Below are positions 58,717 through 64,000 of a DNA stretch of 64,000 nt, in pieces; the first letter of the stretch is position 1, and each line of letters opens with the position of its first letter. The notes beneath the pieces are model-generated. The model was not told where the DNA came from. It made no database searches and saw only the letters and a list, made by a program, of their open reading frames with translations. This stretch comes from a virus (lineage: Duplodnaviria; Caudoviricetes). The stretch is taken from positions 47,468-111,467 of IMG/VR virus record IMGVR_UViG_3300010998_000021. The stretch is one strand, 5' to 3'. The position numbers and the translations under genes are program-made.

Positions 58717-59277
58717 ATGATGGATGTGAAATATTATGTAGAAGTAAAAGTTATATCAGAAGAACCTAATGGAGAATTTATTGTAAATTATTCTCCTCTT
58801 GCTCGTGGAGATTACCTCATAAAACCTGAGTTTTTAAAAACATCAAAAGATATTGTAAATGAAGATGAATTAAAAGAATCGCAAAATAAAGAAAAGCAAG
58901 ATTATATCGAAAGCGGTAAAAGGCTTTTAGGATATTTGGAAGAATTAAAAACTTTTAGAGATCAAAGACAATCCGGCGATTTATCAGATGGTTTCCATAC
59001 ATTCAACGATCTTTATTATCAAAGAATGATTCTGTTTGCAACACTTGTAATGACTTATAAAGACAAGGCTTGGAAATCTTATGCACATGAAGATGGTGAA
59101 TTATGCTTTGGTGGTGGTTGGTTTATCGTAGGAATTGATACACCAGAAGGAAGTTATACATATCATTATAAAAATGAGTATTGGGATATGTTCGATTGTA
59201 AAGAATTAAAAATAGGTAAGCATTGGGATGGACATACGGATAAAGACGTTACAAGAATGTTGTCATTAGTCAAATGA
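58717..59277 (+). CDS. WDGH-motif conserved phage protein
   Basis: SDGFHTF..LY..R..LF...WKS..H.DG...WFIVGI.TP.G..TYHY...WDGHT. Confidence 0.7.
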   Translation: MMDVKYYVEVKVISEEPNGEFIVNYSPLARGDYLIKPEFLKTSKDIVNEDELKESQNKEKQDYIESGKRLLGYLEELKTFRDQRQSGDLSDGFHTFNDLYYQRMILFATLVMTYKDKAWKSYAHEDGELCFGGGWFIVGIDTPEGSYTYHYKNEYWDMFDCKELKIGKHWDGHTDKDVTRMLSLVK

Positions 59278-59302
59278 ATAAAGAAGAGAAGGAGAAATAA
59301 TT

Positions 59303-61638
59303 ATGACTGTAGCGGTATGGATTATAGCGGTATGTGAAGTAATCAGGGCAACACAGAACATGGTACAGATTGTAACAATTATGCATGACACGAAAAACAG
59401 GGATAATGCATATTCTGAATTTATAAATTCGTTGAAATCAACAGACAGAGAGTTCGTAAAAAGGATGCTTGAAGAATACAACGATAAATACGGCGAATGA
59501 TATATAAGTTATGAATGAATCAAGAAAAGAATTTGCTAAAGAAATATCGAAACTATTTACATTAGAAGAATTAGCATGGCTTATGTATGAAAATGAATGT
59601 ATGTTTTGCAGTATGAATAATGATAGAAATCGCAGTTGCTTTGGTGATTGCTCTGTTGAAACGTGTGCAAAGAATATTCGGGAATATTATAAAAAAAGGA
59701 GTTACCAATGAAGTTTATTGAAACGCGAGAAACGGCATGTAGGGGCAATTATCCAATAAATGTACTATTAGCCGTTGATAATATATCAACAGTTTTGGAA
59801 TGTGAAGATGATTATAAATGCTGTGTTGTAACTATGAAAGATGGTAAGAGACACGTAGTTTCAGAAAGTTATAGTTCCATCATTAAAAAGATAAATGAAT
59901 TTGAAGGTGAATAATTATGAAATTAACATATGATGTTTCAGAAATGGAATGTGTTACAACTTTTGAGTTTAATGGTCACACATGTAAAAGAGTATGGAAA
60001 TATGAGGGTGGTGGACATTACAAAAGCAAAGATGATTCTTTGGATGAACAGATTGAAAAAGCCGGATGCGCCAATGAAGATGTTTTAGAACAGATTTATG
60101 ATGTTTTGGAAAATACCTTTGAAATTGATTTAATGAAATTAGCAGAATTTGAAGAATGAATTTAGGTGAAATAATGGAAGATAGGAAAACATTTCTTGAA
60201 GTTGAGTTTAAAGACCTTTTAACTGATGGCTTTGACTTGGTTACGTATGATGGTAATGATATACGAGTTAGACAAGATCATATGCATCATCCTGATGACA
60301 TTAAGGCAGAAGCATTAGATGAATATCATAATGCGCTATGTAGATATTTTAATATGAAAGCTGATGAATGTAAAAGGATTTGGGGTTCATCTTCTTATAA
60401 AGTTATTTCTGAAATATCACCATATGAATTTATAAATAAGTTAAAGGACTTTGATAATACTCCAAAAGTAGGTGAAGTTTGGGCGAGTGATAATACTGGT
60501 TCAAAATATATAATTTTACCATCTAAAAATTCAGATGAAATTCGTTTCATACATATAAACGGTGTAATGGATTGGACTTCGAGATGTTGGTTTTATGAAA
60601 ACTGTTACAACACTGGTGAGATATGTTCAACGCTTGCACCTTTTTTAGAAGAATTAAAGAGGTTTGAATAATATGATCTATGAATACACGGCAGATGATG
60701 AATACCCTGATTACATGGCTTGTGAAAACATAAACATAGGAAGAAAAATTAATGGAGTTGATTACTGCTATGCACGTTGCGGTGCTGAAAACTTCTGGAA
60801 TGGATACGTAAGATACTGCGATACGGAGGAATCTAAAGAAGAATGATATATGCCTTTTTGTTCTTGATAAATGCATCGTTTTTAATTAGTGGTTTGCTTT
60901 ATGAAAGAAATGGTTGGTTTAAAAATTTTTTTTCATAATATTTTGAAGTGGCATATTCCTAATGATGGTTGGAGTTTTGATTCTACACACAATGCTTATT
61001 CAACATGCATTATTTGTGGAAAGTTGATTAAAAGAAATTCAAGTGGTAATTGGAGTGAATGTTATGGAAAGAAATAAAGAAAATGAGCAAGACATCAAAC
61101 CAATAGACTATCAGGATTGTGCTAATGCAATGATGAAAATGTGGATCGATAATGTAATTACAGATGGTGAATATTATCGAATTATGGATAAGTTAAATAA
61201 GAAATGGGAGAAATATAATGGCTGAATATCATGTAGGTTGTGGCGTATTTGGAATATACGCCGGAACTCTTGAACCACGAAATAAGAATCTATGGAGAAA
61301 CAAGTCTGAAGTAACGAACGAAGTATTAAGCGCAGCAGCGCAATACTTAATTAGCAATGATAAAGAATTTCGATTTGCATATGGTGATGGACATTATGTG
61401 ATGTGTATAGAAAGATTTCATAACTCAGAAGAAGGTGAATGTAAAGATGTGGATTAAACTTCATTATAGATATGATGGTAAACCTGTTATGGTACAAACC
61501 AAAAATATTACAAATTATGGCGAATCAACAAATAATAATTGTGCCACAGATGTTTTCTTTATAGGTGATGATGAAAACTATATTACAGTTAAAGAAACAG
61601 TTGAAGAAATTGAAAAGATGATAACAGAAGATTGGTGA
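59303..61638 (+). other. Run of about ten small hypothetical ORFs, including two FlbD-like paralogs (59708-59914 and 61435-61638)
   Basis: Tightly packed, overlapping start/stop ORFs in the track; two share a K.I....V....NI..V......V.ES/T...I...I pattern. Confidence 0.55.
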
Positions 61639-62039
61639 TCTATGGAAAACGTGGTGATATTTTTAATTGGTATCACATGCTTTATCGGTATGATGATTAA
61701 AAAATAATTATAGTTAAGGATGTAATTAAATGAAAGATAAAAAGAGTATTGAACAGCGTTTTTGTGGAAACTGTTTATGGTTTGATGGTGATTTTGAAGA
61801 TGAGATGCAATTCTGCGATGATAAAGAACAATGGTGCTATTCACATTGGAGAGGTTGTTATCATTGGAAAAAGAAATATGATGAACAAGTAATTGAATGA
61901 TTATCCACTAAAACAGAAATGGAGATATAAACGATGCCTTACTTTTTAGAGTGTGTTGGAGCATTATCATTAATAGTTTTATTCTGTACCTGTTGCGGTT
62001 TTGCGCTTGGAATTATCGATATAAAGTTAGGTGGGAAGT

Positions 62040-62474
62040 ATGAAATTTAGAAATGACTTTGTTACTAATTCAAGTAGTAGTAGTTATATAATTGCTTATA
62101 AAGAATTTCCAAAGGTTGATGATGATACGATAACTAAATTTCCTTTTCTTGAAGCGTTTCAAGAATTGGCAGAAATCATAATCTTTTCTGGCAGCAATGA
62201 TTATAACGAAACAACTGATGGTGAAGTAATATCAACCATTAGCGAATTAAATAATTGGTTTGTTGAAAGATATGGTTTAAGAGATCAGACGATAGAAGAA
62301 GTCTTAGAAGACTATCAGGATTATAGTGAAAAAGATGAATATGATAAGTGCGTAGAATACTTAAATAAAGGATTTAAAATATTAATTAAAGATATAGATT
62401 ACAATGATTCGCGCAGTGAACTTATTAAGAAATTAAAATCTGATTGTTTTATATTAGTCAGTGAATGTGATTAA
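62040..62474 (+). CDS. NSSSSS-leader family protein 1
   Basis: MKFRNDFVTNSSSSSY N-terminus; acidic body. Confidence 0.7.
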   Translation: MKFRNDFVTNSSSSSYIIAYKEFPKVDDDTITKFPFLEAFQELAEIIIFSGSNDYNETTDGEVISTISELNNWFVERYGLRDQTIEEVLEDYQDYSEKDEYDKCVEYLNKGFKILIKDIDYNDSRSELIKKLKSDCFILVSECD

Positions 62475-62491
62475 GGAAGGATAGTTTGTTT

Positions 62492-62965
62492 ATGAAAATA
62501 AGAACGGATTATGTTACAAATAGTTCATCAAGTAGCTTTATTGTCGGTTTCGAGAGTGAAGGAAATATTGATTCACAGTTAAAAGAGTCTATGATTAATT
62601 TTCCAAGATATGAAGATGTTCTACATGATATTAAAAGCCATAGAATCACAAAAGAACAAGCACTTGAAGTATTTAAAGATGAAGTAAAGTATGATGCAGA
62701 GTTCTATTTGCAATATGAATATGAACGTAAATTAGGATTTGATTGTCTTAGTTTTTATGATTGGCTTGAAAACGAAGCAAACAAAAAAGCATTTGACGAA
62801 GCTGTAAGTACAAAAGTAGATGAATTATACAAAGAATATGAAGAAAAAATAAATGCTTGTGAATATTTGGCAGAAGTAGAATATTGCGACCATACAGATG
62901 GTGATCTCGAACATGAAATCATGCCATATCTTGACTGTACTATTAGGCGTTTTAGCCATCATTAA
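62492..62965 (+). CDS. NSSSSS-leader family protein 2
   Basis: MKIRTDYVTNSSSSSF. Confidence 0.7.
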   Translation: MKIRTDYVTNSSSSSFIVGFESEGNIDSQLKESMINFPRYEDVLHDIKSHRITKEQALEVFKDEVKYDAEFYLQYEYERKLGFDCLSFYDWLENEANKKAFDEAVSTKVDELYKEYEEKINACEYLAEVEYCDHTDGDLEHEIMPYLDCTIRRFSHH

Positions 62966-63193
62966 TCTCTATGAAAAGCAAAAGGAATTTATCTTTATGA
63001 AATTATATCCATGTAAGTGTCTTTCGACCGATTATCAAGAAATGGTTCTAATGAGAGTGTGTCCTATCTGTGGAAGTCAAGAAATATATTAACAAAATTC
63101 ATGTTTTGTATGGTGGGCGCATTGTATATCATGTGGGATATTCTGGTAATTACCAAACAAAAGAAGAATTAATAGGAGCGTGGAACGGAAGAA

Positions 63194-63532
63194 ATGAAAA
63201 TTAGAAGAGATTTTGTAACAAACAGTTCTTCGAGTTCATATGTCATAGCAAGACATAAAGATTATGATTTAAGTGAACTAAAAAGTTTTTTTAAAGATAA
63301 TAAAGATTTTATAGAAGCACTTCTCGAATTACGAAAAAGTATTACATCGTATGAAGATGCTATAGATGAAATAGAGTACATATTATCGCAAGATGCAATT
63401 TTAAAAATTGATGATTGGGGAATAATTGCTGGTGTTGCTACATCTGATACGAGCGATTTTGTATCAAATTTTCTTTACGGTTGTAGCTTAATAGATACAG
63501 AACATTTTAAAATGAAAAGGGAATCAATATGA
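63194..63532 (+). CDS. NSSSSS-leader family protein 3
   Basis: MKIRRDFVTNSSSSSY. Confidence 0.7.
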   Translation: MKIRRDFVTNSSSSSYVIARHKDYDLSELKSFFKDNKDFIEALLELRKSITSYEDAIDEIEYILSQDAILKIDDWGIIAGVATSDTSDFVSNFLYGCSLIDTEHFKMKRESI

Positions 63533-64000
63533 AATTTAGAAAAGACTTTGTAACAAACAGTAGTTCAAGTAGTTTTGTGTGTGAAATATGTGGGAACACA
63601 GAAAGTGGATTTGATTTGTCTTATAGGGATGCCGAAATGTTTGTGTGTATGAACGATCATACAATGTGTAACGAACATATGTTAGATGTTCCACGAGATA
63701 AACAAATAGAATATATTCTTAAAAATCATTATAAAGATTATGAAACAGGAAAAGAATATACAAGGGAAGAGTTAGATGCGTTGGACGATGATGCATTATA
63801 TGATGTAATATGTCCTGAAGGATATTATGATGTTCCAGATATTTTCTGTCCTATTTGTCAGTTTAAAGAATACTCAAAACAAGATATGGCAAGTTATTTA
63901 CTATCGCATTATAAAGTTCCAAAAGGTGAGGCGTTTGCTAAAATCAAAGAAGAGAATAAACGCAGAAGAAAATTATATGATTATGAATATATTAAATATG
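63529..64000 (+). CDS. NSSSSS-leader family protein 4 (runs off the window end), Cys-rich
   Basis: MKFRKDFVTNSSSSSFVCEICG...C.N.H..C..H...CPIC. Confidence 0.7.
   Translation, partial: MKFRKDFVTNSSSSSFVCEICGNTESGFDLSYRDAEMFVCMNDHTMCNEHMLDVPRDKQIEYILKNHYKDYETGKEYTREELDALDDDALYDVICPEGYYDVPDIFCPICQFKEYSKQDMASYLLSHYKVPKGEAFAKIKEENKRRRKLYDYEYIKY

Noticed and set aside
1-64000. Complete DGR (RT, TR, Avd), retron, or arbitrium aimR/aimP locus in the window
   Set aside because: No YxDD reverse transcriptase, no AAC-rich template copy and no recognisable TPR receptor-peptide pair were seen

Overview
The window is part of a large, AT-rich temperate siphophage or prophage of a Firmicute host (probably Clostridia/Lachnospiraceae), laid out like Bacillus phage SPbeta. 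Left arm (1-30.2 kb, minus strand): a Rep-like gene, a single-subunit RdRP-like (YonO-type) RNA polymerase, tRNAs, a beta-CASP nuclease, ClpP, HU, an endolysin, and the terminase-portal-protease-capsid-neck-tail tube module. This arm has two group I introns and three related Zn-ribbon/Vsr-like endonucleases. The strand switch (30.2-31.9 kb) carries AT-rich repeats, a LexA-type box and phased DnaA boxes. Right arm (32-52 kb, plus strand): a strikingly regular array of short transcription cassettes. Each has a conserved A-rich box, a sigmaA promoter, a conserved +1 leader, one or more ORFs and a terminator, and most are followed by a spacer packed with GTTTTnnAAAAC palindromes. The array ends at a cluster of a tyrosine recombinase, a frameshifted DUF262 gene, MazF and an MrpR-like degenerate recombinase. 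Further right are a DGR-type variable gene with no RT or template in the window (an orphan copy of its homing signals lies at 42.1 kb) and four tandem proteins sharing an N-terminal MKxRxDxVTNSSSSS motif. A ~436-nt candidate structured RNA lies between a conserved ORF and the tRNA cluster. All family calls come from motif recognition by eye; no searches were run.
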